64,000 nucleotides of DNA from Acaryochloridaceae cyanobacterium VAR_48_metabat_390 (GTDB lineage Bacteria > Cyanobacteriota > Cyanobacteriia > Thermosynechococcales > Thermosynechococcaceae). A program made the position numbers and the translations under genes. Shown in pieces: positions 30,701-40,770 of the stretch (position 1 is the first letter of the stretch; every line of letters begins with the position of its first letter). The notes beneath the pieces were generated by a model. That model did not search any database, was not told the DNA's origin, and was given only the letters and a program-made list of their open reading frames with translations. Location of the stretch: positions 30,148-94,147 of the forward strand of contig JANPLU010000016.1 of the NCBI GenBank assembly GCA_031422435.1, written 5' to 3'.

Positions 30701-30939
30701 TGGTGGGCAAGATGACTCAAGGTCAAAAAGCCCATCATCGCGCTGCCACCCTTGATAGAGTGGGCGGCGCGTAACACCCCATCCATCACCGATCGTTCGA
30801 TGCCGTGGGTAGACATCCCCAACACGGCTGCTTCAATTTCAGTTAAGTATTCTTGGGCTTCATCTAGAAACTGGAGCCGAACGATCTGTTCAGTATCTTG
30901 CATCATGATCTTTTTGGGCGACAGGGCGGCTTTAATCAA
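27784..30939 (-). CDS. cheA: Hybrid CheA histidine kinase/receiver (PixL-like)
   Basis: Hpt RAAHSIKGG, HLVRNAFDHGIE, SGRGVG, a CheW domain and a C-terminal receiver (DIEMP). Confidence 0.92.
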   Translation of the reverse strand: MIKAALSPKKIMMQDTEQIVRLQFLDEAQEYLTEIEAAVLGMSTHGIERSVMDGVLRAAHSIKGGSAMMGFLTLSHLAHQLEDFFKVLKVRPSEAKDEDVERLMLVGVDHLRQVADHNREGIDPSEAWLNQTVEATFGSLLSRLGEPQAEDAASLLSEEVGADMVVLLFESEVDSILNRLDEVLVHPDQPCFQEEFAIAAQELAGLGEMLDLLVFRDLCVDISTQIQTAESTALLDTVVQAQQAWRQAQALVMVGQRDLIPSTFGMNPSAPTYLTVGNPDVQTEEITERETTETDAAITASLEWEAWELEEQEVGAIEPAFPEETFAELLFEGADGDFLDDLQSVPLKLEPIAQKLEPEAASGLLPQSSKGSIRTKIAAAAITAMTPDETDEPDIMLRVPAQQLNQMGELFGELVIERNGLALQLKRLRELTALLTQRVHALETSNASLRSTYDTVATQTAFKSQPLAPSSVPMAATDNHSVSNSGQGWLSGQAEGFDLLEMDRYSELHTLSQALMESAVQIEEVTTDINLNLDEAEQTARAFTRTTKQLQVAMTQMRMRPVSDVLSRFARMLRDLNLEHGKAVDLKISGGATLIDRVILETLTDPLVHLVRNAFDHGIEDPQTRIAHGKAAKGLIEISAAYRGNQTLITLRDDGSGISLDKVKAKAAQLGIDNTLLASAQPSEILDLIFEPGFSTASQVTELSGRGVGIDIVRTSLQKIKGSISVDTQEGHGTTFTISVPFSLSIIRVLLVESGSLLMAVPIDQVEEMLLLEPDKVLKVNGQRVLQLDDALIPLVQTQDLLRFPRPVVLSDLETTPKINQPAVLLIEQEAQVVGIQVDRYWGEQEVTIRQVEGVIPLPSAFAGCTVLGDGRIVPLLDPLSFLEQIEAQMATQGDASTDASEISLHQLSETHVGTEAIATQPLVMVVDDSVNVRRFLALTLEKAGFRVEQAKDGQHALELLQTGLPIQAVVCDIEMPRLDGYGFLANLKSIPSAQNLPVVMLTSRSGEKHRKLAMSLGAKDYFSKPFRESELLQTLNRLMAQTAVPVLSVR

Positions 30940-30983
30940 TAGGGAAAAAGTCTCCCCGTGAGATGTTTCTACAGCGCCTGCTG

Positions 30984-33740
30984 CTACTTCTCCTCCAGCT
31001 TGAAGGTTCCTACAGAAGCCTGAAGCTGTTGGGCGATCGCAACGGTCTCTTGCAAAGAGCTTGAGACTTGGCGAGAGGTTGTAGAAGTCTGTTCTGATGA
31101 TTCTGTAATCTGCTCCATCAGCAGCTTCACCACCTGAGACGTTTCAGTTTGCGAAACCGTTGCGATCGAAATCGACTTCAGCAGGTCGTCAATTTCACGA
31201 GACACCTTCACAATTTGATTGAGGCTTTCTTTGGCCTCGTTCACCTGGCGCGTCCCTTCTACCACCTGGGTCGTACCGTTCTCCATCGCGTCTACCACTT
31301 CACTGGTTTCGCGCTGAATGGCGTCTACAATGCCCTCAATTTCTTTGGTTGCAGCCGCAGACTGAGCCGCTAGGGCACCCACTTCTTCTGCAACCACCGC
31401 AAAACCGCGCCCTTCTTCACCCGCACGGGCGGCTTCAATACTGGCGTTAATCGCCAGCAGGTTGGTTTGTAGCGCAATTTGGTTAATCAGCGAAACCACC
31501 TTAGAAATTTGCTGAGACGATTCCCCCAGTCGTTTGACTTTCTTAGCGGTTTCGGCAACGGTGTCTCTAAGCTGCAAAATGCTTGCCACCGTGCGGTCGA
31601 TGGTTTTCCCACCGCTTTCAGCCGTTCTAGAGGCAAGCCCAGACACCTTAGAGGCCTGCCGCGCGTTTTCTGCTACCTGCTCAATAGAAAGCGCCATCAG
31701 CTCAACAGACTTCAGCGTATCGGTAATTTTATGAGCCTGAGACTGCGCCTGATCGGCGAGTTGACCCATCACCATTTCGTTGCTGCCCACAGAAGTGTTT
31801 ACCTGTCCAGCAGACTCCTTCACCTGAGACACAATGTCTCTCAAACTTTCTACGATGGCGTTAAAGAAATCGGCAACAATGCCAATTTCCCCAGCGCTCA
31901 CGTCAGCGCGCACGGTCAAGTCACCGGAAGAAGCCCCTTCAACGTCTTGGAGTAGAGTCAGAAGCTCCATTTGCAGCGCCGTGTTTCGTGCTTGAGCCTG
32001 CTCTGCTTCAAACTGTTTCTGCTCATACAACGCCAGTCCTCCAAGGACTGAACCTAACTGAATTGCAGCCTTCTTTAAGTACTCAATTTCAGATTCTTGC
32101 CAATCGTGGATAGCGGTGCAGTCATGAGCCACCAGCAACCCAAACAGTTCCCTGCCCTGAAGAATAGGAACCACTAAGTTTGCTTTAATTTGCAGCCGCT
32201 CCATTAACTGCATATGGTCTGAATGGAAGCAGGCATTAAAGACATCTCTCATCGGGACGATTCGACCATTCCTGTAGTCTTCTAATACCGCCTCAGGAAT
32301 GCAGGCATCTTCCACAACACTCGCCAGCGCGATGGGAAAGTTTGGGAGAACCGATTCCCCAATGACAGCGCCACCCCAATCAGGTCTGAAGCGGTACACA
32401 ACCACTCGGTCAACGTTCATATCTGCGCGTAATTCTGACAGCAGTGCATTAAGCGGAGCTTCAAGTTCTTTTGGCTCACGGGCTTGAGCAACACCTGCCA
32501 AGAGCTTATCTCGTCGAGCTTCTGCTTCTTGGCGGGCTAGCGTTTCTTGTTGCTGAGCTTGGTAGTCTTTAATTTGTTCAGCCATTAAGTTGATGTTGGA
32601 ACCTAATGCCCCCATTTCATCTTGTCCCACCACATTGAGGCGTGTGTCGAAGTCGCCTTGACCAATTTTTTTTACGGCTTCAGCGGATTCGATGATAGGA
32701 CGAGTCGCACGGTGGGCAAGGTAGGCCGCTATTGCACCTACTAGGATTGCTGCCATAGCGGTTCCTAATATAGTGGACAAGCGTAAATCATTCAGAGTGG
32801 CAAAGGCTTCTTTTGTTTCGATGGCGATCAAAAAGTTCCAATCTAAGGCTGGCAGTCCTTTTGGTTGAATAATAGGACTATAAGAAACAACCTCTTCAAG
32901 CTTATCTGTAGGATTTGTATAGATTACTGTGCCTCTCTTTTTGTCTTTCTTAAGATTTAACAAAAATGGAAAATCGTTTTGGGCGAGTTTTGCAAATTTA
33001 TTGATATCATTGACGACGAAATATTGACCTGAGCTTTCTGTTAAAAAGATTTCATTGCGATTGTATCCTGAAATCTGTTTGGTAGTCTTCTTGTTCTCGA
33101 TTTCATTAAATACATTAGATAGATATTTTAAAGGCATTTCCAGTCGAACAATCGAAATCATTTTTCCGGTTTTGACATCAAAGACTGGATCTGCAAGATA
33201 GATTACAGGTTCACCGGTGGTATCTGAGTAATCTGGCTGACTTATGAAAGTTTTTTGAGTTGTCAAGACTTTCTTGAAATAGCTCTGAGTTTTTTGATTT
33301 GAGAGAGACCGCCCCGTACTTTGCATACGGACATTTCCTTCTAGGCTCAGCTCCGCAATATTAGAATACACGCCATAAATTTTGACGTATTTATCAAGGA
33401 TGTTTTGCTTTTGAGTCTTAGAGATATTGACTGTTCCCGTTGGGTCAGCAAAAATTGACAAGTTAGACAAAATCTGAATGTTGCTGTAGCGCTCCAACAT
33501 GAAGCTGCTGACGAGGGAAGCAGCTTTATCTAACTTAGCTTCTTGCTTCGCAATGGCTTCTTGTTTCAAGGCGGGAGCTGTTGCAAAGTAAGACAGGGTT
33601 CCTGTTGCCGCTACGGGCAGTGTTCCAAGGGCGATCGCCAATAGCGTTGCCTTTGTTCTTAATTTCTGTCGATTCCACCATGAACCTGAAGCAGAAAGGG
33701 TAGCTTGGTGAGACGTTTTAGGCGAACGAATTGTTTTCAT
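30984..33740 (-). CDS. Methyl-accepting chemotaxis protein with Cache, HAMP and cyanobacteriochrome GAF domains (PixJ-like)
   Basis: Two TMs around a Cache-like region, HAMP, GAF ([28 protein letters not shown]) and the MCP hairpin [25 protein letters not shown]. Confidence 0.92.
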   Translation of the reverse strand: MKTIRSPKTSHQATLSASGSWWNRQKLRTKATLLAIALGTLPVAATGTLSYFATAPALKQEAIAKQEAKLDKAASLVSSFMLERYSNIQILSNLSIFADPTGTVNISKTQKQNILDKYVKIYGVYSNIAELSLEGNVRMQSTGRSLSNQKTQSYFKKVLTTQKTFISQPDYSDTTGEPVIYLADPVFDVKTGKMISIVRLEMPLKYLSNVFNEIENKKTTKQISGYNRNEIFLTESSGQYFVVNDINKFAKLAQNDFPFLLNLKKDKKRGTVIYTNPTDKLEEVVSYSPIIQPKGLPALDWNFLIAIETKEAFATLNDLRLSTILGTAMAAILVGAIAAYLAHRATRPIIESAEAVKKIGQGDFDTRLNVVGQDEMGALGSNINLMAEQIKDYQAQQQETLARQEAEARRDKLLAGVAQAREPKELEAPLNALLSELRADMNVDRVVVYRFRPDWGGAVIGESVLPNFPIALASVVEDACIPEAVLEDYRNGRIVPMRDVFNACFHSDHMQLMERLQIKANLVVPILQGRELFGLLVAHDCTAIHDWQESEIEYLKKAAIQLGSVLGGLALYEQKQFEAEQAQARNTALQMELLTLLQDVEGASSGDLTVRADVSAGEIGIVADFFNAIVESLRDIVSQVKESAGQVNTSVGSNEMVMGQLADQAQSQAHKITDTLKSVELMALSIEQVAENARQASKVSGLASRTAESGGKTIDRTVASILQLRDTVAETAKKVKRLGESSQQISKVVSLINQIALQTNLLAINASIEAARAGEEGRGFAVVAEEVGALAAQSAAATKEIEGIVDAIQRETSEVVDAMENGTTQVVEGTRQVNEAKESLNQIVKVSREIDDLLKSISIATVSQTETSQVVKLLMEQITESSEQTSTTSRQVSSSLQETVAIAQQLQASVGTFKLEEK

Positions 33741-33873
33741 TTGATGTCAATATGTCTGAGTATTAGTGTTAAAGATTTAGCGATCAAAACGCAGGTAAGC
33801 ATGAAGATATGCGCTTAGAAAAGGCAGCATAAAGCTTATCTCTCGCTTAGGCTGAAGTGTAGAGTATCTTCTA

Positions 33874-34365
33874 CTAATTTCCAGAGAATACAGATGAATG
33901 AATAATGGCTTCAGTATCCAGAACCCAGAGCCTTTCTTGAGATTGCATCAGGTACCCCTTTAAACAGGGCATTAGCGCCGGCAAAATTTCTTCTACAGGA
34001 GGCCGAACTGCATCTAAAGTAAGCCTTACCACCCCTTGAATTTCAGGAACAACAAGCCCCAAAGGCGTCTTACCTGAGCGAATAATCGCAATATTGTACT
34101 GTTGGACATTCAGCAATCTGCTAGACAGCCCTAAGAGGAAAGGAAGATCAACCACCCAAATCACACGGCTTTTATGGTTGAGCAACCCTAAAATGCAGGC
34201 AGCCATGTTGGGCACAGGCGTGACCCGATGGGTGGGTATGGCGATCGCCTCCTGAGCCTGTCCCATTGGCAATACCGCAGCCTGGTCAGGCTTAAGTAAT
34301 ACCTTTAGATAGGGGGCACCAACCGTCTTTTGCTGCAAAATTTGAGAATCTAACGTAGGCAGCAT
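33874..34365 (-). CDS. cheW: CheW adaptor (PixI-like)
   Basis: VTPVPNM..CILGLLN..SRVIWVVDL motif. Confidence 0.85.
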   Translation of the reverse strand: MLPTLDSQILQQKTVGAPYLKVLLKPDQAAVLPMGQAQEAIAIPTHRVTPVPNMAACILGLLNHKSRVIWVVDLPFLLGLSSRLLNVQQYNIAIIRSGKTPLGLVVPEIQGVVRLTLDAVRPPVEEILPALMPCLKGYLMQSQERLWVLDTEAIIHSSVFSGN

Positions 34366-34371
34366 TATGCC

Positions 34372-34734
34372 TTAACCCATTACAGATTTGACAGCACGGA
34401 GTAATTCTTCTTGAGTAAAAGGTTTAGTAACATAAGCATTAGCACCTTGCTTCATGCCCCAAAGCCGATCTAGCTCCTGATTTTTAGACGTACAGACCAC
34501 AATCGGCGTATTTTTCGTCTCATCATTTTTTTTAAGCGTGCGGCAGAGTTCAAACCCACTCATCCCCGGCATCACCACATCCGTAATCACAGCATCAGGC
34601 TTATGATCGGCAGCTTTCGTAAGTGCTTCCTTTGCGTCCGTTGCAACAACGACAGAAAACCCACCCTCTTTCAAAAAATTAGTGATGAGCGCAAGTTCTG
34701 AAGGGGTGTCATCAACAACTAAGATAGTCTGCAT
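34372..34734 (-). CDS. CheY-like single-domain response regulator (PixH-like)
   Basis: VVDD, DVVMPGMSGFELCR and YVTKPF motifs. Confidence 0.9.
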   Translation of the reverse strand: MQTILVVDDTPSELALITNFLKEGGFSVVVATDAKEALTKAADHKPDAVITDVVMPGMSGFELCRTLKKNDETKNTPIVVCTSKNQELDRLWGMKQGANAYVTKPFTQEELLRAVKSVMG

Positions 34735-34838
34735 AGTGGCCTCATTAAAGCGTAAAACTGTAATTATTTTGTTAGTCTCATTGTTCCCGTCTGATCTACA
34801 AAACTAACGGTGCAAAAATAAATAAGTACAGTCAGAAT

Positions 34839-36101
34839 CTACTCTAAATGGCGAAATACCATTTTTAAGAGATCAGGCTGAGTAAAAGGTTTCGTCATAT
34901 AGTCTGTCGTTCCAGACAGCTTTGCCCTAGCGCGATCAATGATTCCGGTGTTGCCAGTCACCATAATGATGGGGGTTTTCTTGAACAAAGGGTGTTTCCG
35001 AAACAGGCGACATAGCTCATATCCATCTACTCTGGGCATTCCTACATCTAAAAGCACGAGATCTGGCTTAATCCGCATGAGTTCAATCAGGGCTTTAACA
35101 GAATCCTGAATCAGAAATAGCGTTATATTTTCTTTGCCCAAAAACTGTTCAATGGTTTGCAACATTGCCGGACTATCATCAATACAGGCAACTCGATAGG
35201 TTTTGGTCGATGGCGCAGCTTGAGAAATGGTATCGAAGTGTTCGAGCGATTCGGTCTCAGGCTGCGCTGAAGAAGCAGCAGGCATTGTCTCTACTGCGGC
35301 GACATCCTTTTTTTTAGAAGGCTCTGAGAAATTTGGCAGCTCATGGTACGGCGGCTGTGGCTCTCTTAAAATAATAGTCTTATCTAAAATCAGCGGATAT
35401 AAACTCTTGACCAGTCTTAGCTCATCTTGGCCAATTAAAAGCGCAAGATGCCTAAAGCTATAGCCTTTTAGTAAAGCTCCCAAGCGCTGTTGCCGTTCGA
35501 CAGAAAGCGTAGTTTTAGACTGACTGAATAAATACGGACGTTGATAAGGGGAAATAATCTGTGGTGCTAAGCGCTGCCAAGACCGAAGTCGCTCTTGAGC
35601 CTCATGGAGTAACAATTCAAAGTTCAGGGGTTGGAGAGGCGTGACCAAGGCGTTAAAGCTAGGTACAAACGTTGTAGTGTAGTTCTCAACAAGCAGCAGC
35701 AATTCTAAGGCTTCTTGAGACATGCTTTGCAGCAGCGATTGAGCCACATCAAGGCTCAGGACTTCTTGCTGTAACAGCATCCCAATACCCTGATAATCTT
35801 GTGGCAATGCAGCGCTAAAATTTGAAGGAACATCAAGGGAAAGCCGAACTTGAGTGCGTACATCTGAAGTGACGCTGGGAATACGTCGGCTTAAACCTCT
35901 CAGATGACAATCCAGTCGATCAATGGGTTCGATGGAATGCGTGACGTATAAAAGCTCTCCTTGATCAATATAAATGAACCAGGTAACAGACCCATTCTTG
36001 ATCTTGAGGCACCCCTTTTCCGCCTTCTTTAGATCTTGGATCAATTGAGGTATTTCCAAGGCTAAGTCGGTTTTTTCTTTTTGTTCAGGTACTTGAATCA
36101 C
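34839..36101 (-). CDS. PatA-family response regulator (PixG-like)
   Basis: N-terminal PATAN-like region, SPYQRPY motif and a C-terminal receiver (CIDDS..DVGMP..KPF). Confidence 0.85.
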   Translation of the reverse strand: MIQVPEQKEKTDLALEIPQLIQDLKKAEKGCLKIKNGSVTWFIYIDQGELLYVTHSIEPIDRLDCHLRGLSRRIPSVTSDVRTQVRLSLDVPSNFSAALPQDYQGIGMLLQQEVLSLDVAQSLLQSMSQEALELLLLVENYTTTFVPSFNALVTPLQPLNFELLLHEAQERLRSWQRLAPQIISPYQRPYLFSQSKTTLSVERQQRLGALLKGYSFRHLALLIGQDELRLVKSLYPLILDKTIILREPQPPYHELPNFSEPSKKKDVAAVETMPAASSAQPETESLEHFDTISQAAPSTKTYRVACIDDSPAMLQTIEQFLGKENITLFLIQDSVKALIELMRIKPDLVLLDVGMPRVDGYELCRLFRKHPLFKKTPIIMVTGNTGIIDRARAKLSGTTDYMTKPFTQPDLLKMVFRHLE

Positions 36102-36471
36102 TGATTACTCCGTCCGTACAATCTATCAATAACTAAAAATCCATCTAATTTGGGTATGAGTTTCTGTCTGTATTATTCAATGGCTTGCTATTCATCTGGA
36201 TTGGCAGCACTACTGATGAATAGATCCCCTCCCTACTCACAAATAGGGTATGTAAAGCTTTTAAGCGCCAAAGAAAGGCGTCTCGAAATTAAGATTTGTA
36301 TCTTTATGATTCCCAAATAATCTTAAGACTGCACATCAGTATCAGAAGATCAGGTATTTCTTGGCGCGATAGCAATCAGTTTCCATCAGCTATCGTAGTC
36401 AAAATAGCCCCACAAGATCTTTGAAAATAGGGCTATGTACTACTGTTATGAATATCCGAAGGCAATCTTAA

Positions 36472-38397
36472 TTAAGCTGTTTGAGCCAAACTCTTGTGAT
36501 AACGAGCCAATGCCGTTAGAGGGAAATGCTGGTAGTAAAGGTTATAGCGCAGGTAAAAATGCCCCGGAAATCCAGTGCCTGTATAGTAGGGTTCTTCCCA
36601 GCTCCCATCAGGTTTTTGGGTTTCAATTAAGTGCTGAATGCCAAACTCAATGGCGGTTATTGCATAGTCCGCTCCTGCGTCTCCTGCTGCCAAAAGCCCT
36701 ATCAGCGCCCAGGCGGTCTGAGAAGGTGTGCTAGAGCCTTGGCCTTTTAAGCTGGGGTCGTCATAACTTTTGCAGGTTTCTCCCCAGCCGCCATCTGCAT
36801 TTTGGCAGCTTACCAACCAAGCAGCACCGCGCTGGATCTCTGTCGCAAAACGCTTGGGGTCTATGAGCGCCAATGCCGCCAGTACGCCGCTGGTGCCGTA
36901 GATGTAGTTTACGCCCCACCGTCCAAACCAGCAGCCTTCTGGTTCTTGCTCTTTAATCAGGTACTCAAGGGCACGCTCGACACTCTGGGTGCCAGTCGTG
37001 ACACCACAGCGACCCACCATCTCCAAAACCCGTGCCGTAACGTCGGCGGTGTTGGGGTCAATCATGGCCTTTAGATCGCCGTAGGGATGATCGTTGAGCC
37101 AGTCTTGATCGTTGTCTATGTCAAAAGCTGCCCATCCCCCTGGACGACACTGCATAGAGGCTACCCACTGAATGGAACGGGCGATCGCCGCATCTTTGGC
37201 TTTCTCATCGGGCAATGTCACCTCATTGAGCGCCATGACCACCACAGCCGTATCGTCTACATCGGGGTAGTAATTGTTGATAAATTCAAACGCCCAGCCC
37301 CCGGGCTGACCCGTTGGGTTTTTGACCGACCAGTCGCCATAGTCTAAAATCTGCTGCGCCACAAGCCATTCCCCCGCCTTCACCAGCATAGGGTCAGTGC
37401 GTTCCATACCAGATTCTGCCAACGCCCGCACCACCAACGCCGTGTCCCACACGGGCGAAACGCAGGGCTGAATCCAGTAGGTGTCTTCGGTTTCAACGGC
37501 AAAGCGTGCTACGGCCTCAAACCCTCGGCGCACCGCCGGATCGTTGACGCTGTAGTTGAGGGTCTTCATCATCAAGAGCGCATTAAGCATGGGCGGAATA
37601 ATGCCGCCCCAGTCGCCTGTGGGTTCCTGACGCTCTAACATCCAGCGCTCGGCTGCTTTTAGCCCTTCTTCTCGAAAAGGCACCAGGTTAAACTGTTCTG
37701 CTAGCTTAAATGCCCCATCTAACGCTAGAAAAATATCAGTCCAGTCGCCCTTAAGTTCGGGGCTAAAGGACACCTGATCTCGTCCTTCGGCATACAGCTC
37801 ATCTAAAGACAGTCTGGGAGTGGTCTTAAAGACGGGTTTACGATCTAACACAATAAATAGCGGCACGGTACTCTCCCGTGCCCAGCTCGAAAGCTCATAA
37901 ATGTTAAAAGGCGCAAAGTTAGGCAGCAGCATCACCCACGGCGGCAGTGCAGGGATGCCGCGCCAGTCATAGCAGCCCACTAATGCCAGGTGTAGCCTGG
38001 TAAACACCCGCGTTTGAGTAATGCCGCCTCGAGAAAGAATAAAAAACTTGGCTTTTACGAGGGCAGGGTCAGAAACCGGAACGCCCAACAGCCGCAGCGC
38101 CATATAGGCTTCGACCGAAACGCTTAGGTTGCCGCCATCCCCAATGTAAAGCTCCCAGCCGCCGTGGTCGCGCTGATGCTGGCGCAGGTAGGTTTCAGTT
38201 TTATGGAGAGGGTAGTGGGCGTCTGTGCCCCAAATTTTATGCAAGAGCACCACTTCTGCGGTGATGGTGACGTTAGACTCCAGATCTGCCCACCAGTAAC
38301 CTTCGGGGAATTGAAGACCCAGAAGGTGGTTTTGACTGGCGGCGATCGCCTCATCTAGGCGGTCTTCAGCGATCTTCAGCGGCTCTTGCACTTGCAT
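36472..38397 (-). CDS. shc: Squalene--hopene cyclase
   Basis: YPDVDDTA (DxDD) and QW repeats (Q..DGGW, QEPEGCW, QNADGGWG). Confidence 0.96.
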   Translation of the reverse strand: MQVQEPLKIAEDRLDEAIAASQNHLLGLQFPEGYWWADLESNVTITAEVVLLHKIWGTDAHYPLHKTETYLRQHQRDHGGWELYIGDGGNLSVSVEAYMALRLLGVPVSDPALVKAKFFILSRGGITQTRVFTRLHLALVGCYDWRGIPALPPWVMLLPNFAPFNIYELSSWARESTVPLFIVLDRKPVFKTTPRLSLDELYAEGRDQVSFSPELKGDWTDIFLALDGAFKLAEQFNLVPFREEGLKAAERWMLERQEPTGDWGGIIPPMLNALLMMKTLNYSVNDPAVRRGFEAVARFAVETEDTYWIQPCVSPVWDTALVVRALAESGMERTDPMLVKAGEWLVAQQILDYGDWSVKNPTGQPGGWAFEFINNYYPDVDDTAVVVMALNEVTLPDEKAKDAAIARSIQWVASMQCRPGGWAAFDIDNDQDWLNDHPYGDLKAMIDPNTADVTARVLEMVGRCGVTTGTQSVERALEYLIKEQEPEGCWFGRWGVNYIYGTSGVLAALALIDPKRFATEIQRGAAWLVSCQNADGGWGETCKSYDDPSLKGQGSSTPSQTAWALIGLLAAGDAGADYAITAIEFGIQHLIETQKPDGSWEEPYYTGTGFPGHFYLRYNLYYQHFPLTALARYHKSLAQTA

Positions 38398-38491
38398 GAT
38401 TCGATTGAGTTTGTTTTTAATTTTGATGAAAATCTATAGATCTAGTTCCCGTAGGTCATCCTATCAAAGGCGCTGGCGCATTCGCATAGAA

Positions 38492-38908
38492 TCATAGGTC
38501 TGTAGGCAATAAATTTTGGGCAAGCACTTCTTTGATAAACGCAATGGCTTTGGAAGAGAGCCTTAATGCATCCTCCGCTTCCATTTTGTCAGGTTCTACC
38601 CGATCGCTTGGATATCGAAACTGTGTAGCATAGGGGGTCAATATTTCTGCTGCATCCAATAGAGATTCAAAGCGCTCATCAAATTCCATACACAGTCTGA
38701 CTAACACAGTCAAATCATGAGTCTTCTTAAAAAGAACATCATGATGCGTCAGGTAAGCTTTGAGTCCCTTTTCAACGGATTGCTGGCAGTGATATACCGC
38801 AATACCAAGATAGGCGTGCTGTTGTTCAATAAGGAGTTCAGCCACGGCTAAGTCTTGGCGGCTTTTAAGCAGCCACAGGCGAATTTCCTCTGTCTTTGGA
38901 TCGGTCAT
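38492..38908 (-). CDS. HEPN domain protein
   Basis: YHCQQSVEKGLKA...KTHDL and RYP motifs. Confidence 0.85.
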   Translation of the reverse strand: MTDPKTEEIRLWLLKSRQDLAVAELLIEQQHAYLGIAVYHCQQSVEKGLKAYLTHHDVLFKKTHDLTVLVRLCMEFDERFESLLDAAEILTPYATQFRYPSDRVEPDKMEAEDALRLSSKAIAFIKEVLAQNLLPTDL

Positions 38909-39230
38909 AGAGTATTTTGCCGTGATTTACTGCGCGGCTAATCAGCGAACTAGGGACTGTACGCTTTGCATCTACTTCAGCTTGAGTTAGCACTGTAATG
39001 TCAACAGGCATTTTAAGAGCCATTGCGCGAAGGCTCCGATAGGCTTTCTGCGCTCGTCGATAACCTGCTTCATCCGAATCTTTAACTATAACGAGCAGGT
39101 CAAGATCGCTATCTGGATGGATTTCTCCGTAGGCATAAGAGCCAAACAGAATAATCTGCTCTGAATGAAGACTGTTTACAAGTTGTTGAACAATTGCATT
39201 GATTAATTCGGGCGAGAATGTTTCTAGCAT
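38865..39230 (-). CDS. Minimal nucleotidyltransferase (MNT), partner of HEPN
   Basis: IILFGSYAYG....DSDLDLLV motif. ATG at 39230 preferred because the track start at 39302 overlaps the upstream gene. Confidence 0.85.
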   Translation of the reverse strand: MLETFSPELINAIVQQLVNSLHSEQIILFGSYAYGEIHPDSDLDLLVIVKDSDEAGYRRAQKAYRSLRAMALKMPVDITVLTQAEVDAKRTVPSSLISRAVNHGKILYDRSKDRGNSPVAA

Positions 39231-39261
39231 AGTGCGTGACAGTTGCACCCCTAATTTAGCA

Positions 39262-40632
39262 TTATTGTAAATCTGACTCAGGGATTGAGATGCCGTCCAC
39301 ATCTGTAATACGGATTAAGACTTGTTCAATGCGAGGTCCCAGGGCAGACACAACTTTAATCTCGAGATTCTCATAGCCGAAAGACTCTCCTTCTTCTGGA
39401 ATTCTCTGGAGATGGAACATCACAAATCCGCCCAAGGTTTGATAGTCCTCTAGAATTGGCAAGCTTATGCCTAAATGCTCATTGACCGTCTCTAGGTCAG
39501 TTTGAGCCTGAATCATAAACGTGTGGTTATCTTGTTCGGTAATGGGTTCATCGGCAGGCGAAGGGGCTTCATCCTCAATACCAATAATGGCGCGAATTAA
39601 GTTCTGAAGGGTCACTAAACCCGCCGTGCCGTTAAACTCACTTTCTCTTACCATAATCACGCCCAGCTTATACTTCTGCATCATTTGCAGAACATTTTGA
39701 ATGGGTGTTCCTTCAGAGACAAACCAAGCCGTTTGAATCCAAGGCTGTATAGACGCATTAAAGTCTAATGACTGAAAGGGCAGCTCACGCACGACGTCTT
39801 TGTAGTAAAGCGTGCCGCGAATTTGATCTAACGATTCATCAATGACTGGATAGTAGTGATGCCCTGTTTGAGCGACTTCTTCTAAAAATTCTTGCAGCGT
39901 AGACTGTGCCTCAATGGCATTGATACTGGTGCGAGGCACCATCACCTCTTCGACTAAAATTTCGCCCGATTCAAATACGTTTCTAAGCAGCTCACGCTCC
40001 TCTGCCTGGAGATCGCTTTGCTCTGAAGAAGACTCTAAAATAAGCTGAAGCTCTTTAGCCGTGACGGGGTTAAAGGTATTGCGCCGAGAGATGGGTACTC
40101 GCAGCAGCTTTAACAAGGCACGATTCGACTGGTTTAAAATCCACACCAGTGGGGTAAATAACCGAGAAATACTGAGGCTAATGGGACCTAAAAACCTTGC
40201 CAGCTTCTCTGAATAGGCCAACGCCAATGTCTTAGGGAACAGCTCCCCCAGCACAATCTGGAGATAGGCGATCGCCATAAACGCCACAGGAACCGAAAAT
40301 GAGTGTGCCATCCAGTACCGCGCATTAGGGGCGACTTGCGCCGTATTAAACCAGGCAAACAGCATTTCGGCGATCGCCTTTTCCCCCATCCACCCTAGGG
40401 CTAGGCTAGAGAGCGTAATGCCAATCTGGGTGGTAGACAGCAGCCGCTCAATATCACGCTGAAGATTTTGAACCGTCTTGGCCTGAAGATCTCCTTCTTG
40501 CACCAACTGCTGAATGCGTGTGCGTCGAACCGAGACCACCGAAAACTCCGCTGCCACAAAAAATGCATTAATTGCAATTAGCAGCAGTATGATTAGCAGT
40601 CTTGAAAACACCTCTCCTTGCGGGAGCATCAC
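39262..40632 (-). CDS. HlyC/CorC family (CNNM + CBS) membrane protein
   Basis: FFVAAEFS, QIGITLSSL, GELFPK, VMVPRT and YQTLGGF motifs. Confidence 0.9.
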   Translation of the reverse strand: MMLPQGEVFSRLLIILLLIAINAFFVAAEFSVVSVRRTRIQQLVQEGDLQAKTVQNLQRDIERLLSTTQIGITLSSLALGWMGEKAIAEMLFAWFNTAQVAPNARYWMAHSFSVPVAFMAIAYLQIVLGELFPKTLALAYSEKLARFLGPISLSISRLFTPLVWILNQSNRALLKLLRVPISRRNTFNPVTAKELQLILESSSEQSDLQAEERELLRNVFESGEILVEEVMVPRTSINAIEAQSTLQEFLEEVAQTGHHYYPVIDESLDQIRGTLYYKDVVRELPFQSLDFNASIQPWIQTAWFVSEGTPIQNVLQMMQKYKLGVIMVRESEFNGTAGLVTLQNLIRAIIGIEDEAPSPADEPITEQDNHTFMIQAQTDLETVNEHLGISLPILEDYQTLGGFVMFHLQRIPEEGESFGYENLEIKVVSALGPRIEQVLIRITDVDGISIPESDLQ

Positions 40633-40686
40633 CCCAAATCCCTACCCTAGATAATCGCGTCCAATATTCAGAAAACCTTCATGTGC

Positions 40687-40752
40687 GTAGGGGGCGGGTT
40701 TAACTGATGTTGCATTAGAGAATCCCAGATTTATCGGCAAACTCCGCCCCAT
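40687..40752. repeat. GTAG-type REP-like imperfect inverted repeat
   Basis: GTAGGGGGCGGGTTT...AAACTCCGCCCCAT in an intergenic region. Confidence 0.55.
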
Positions 40753-40770
40753 AAGCCCCATAATCCATCT

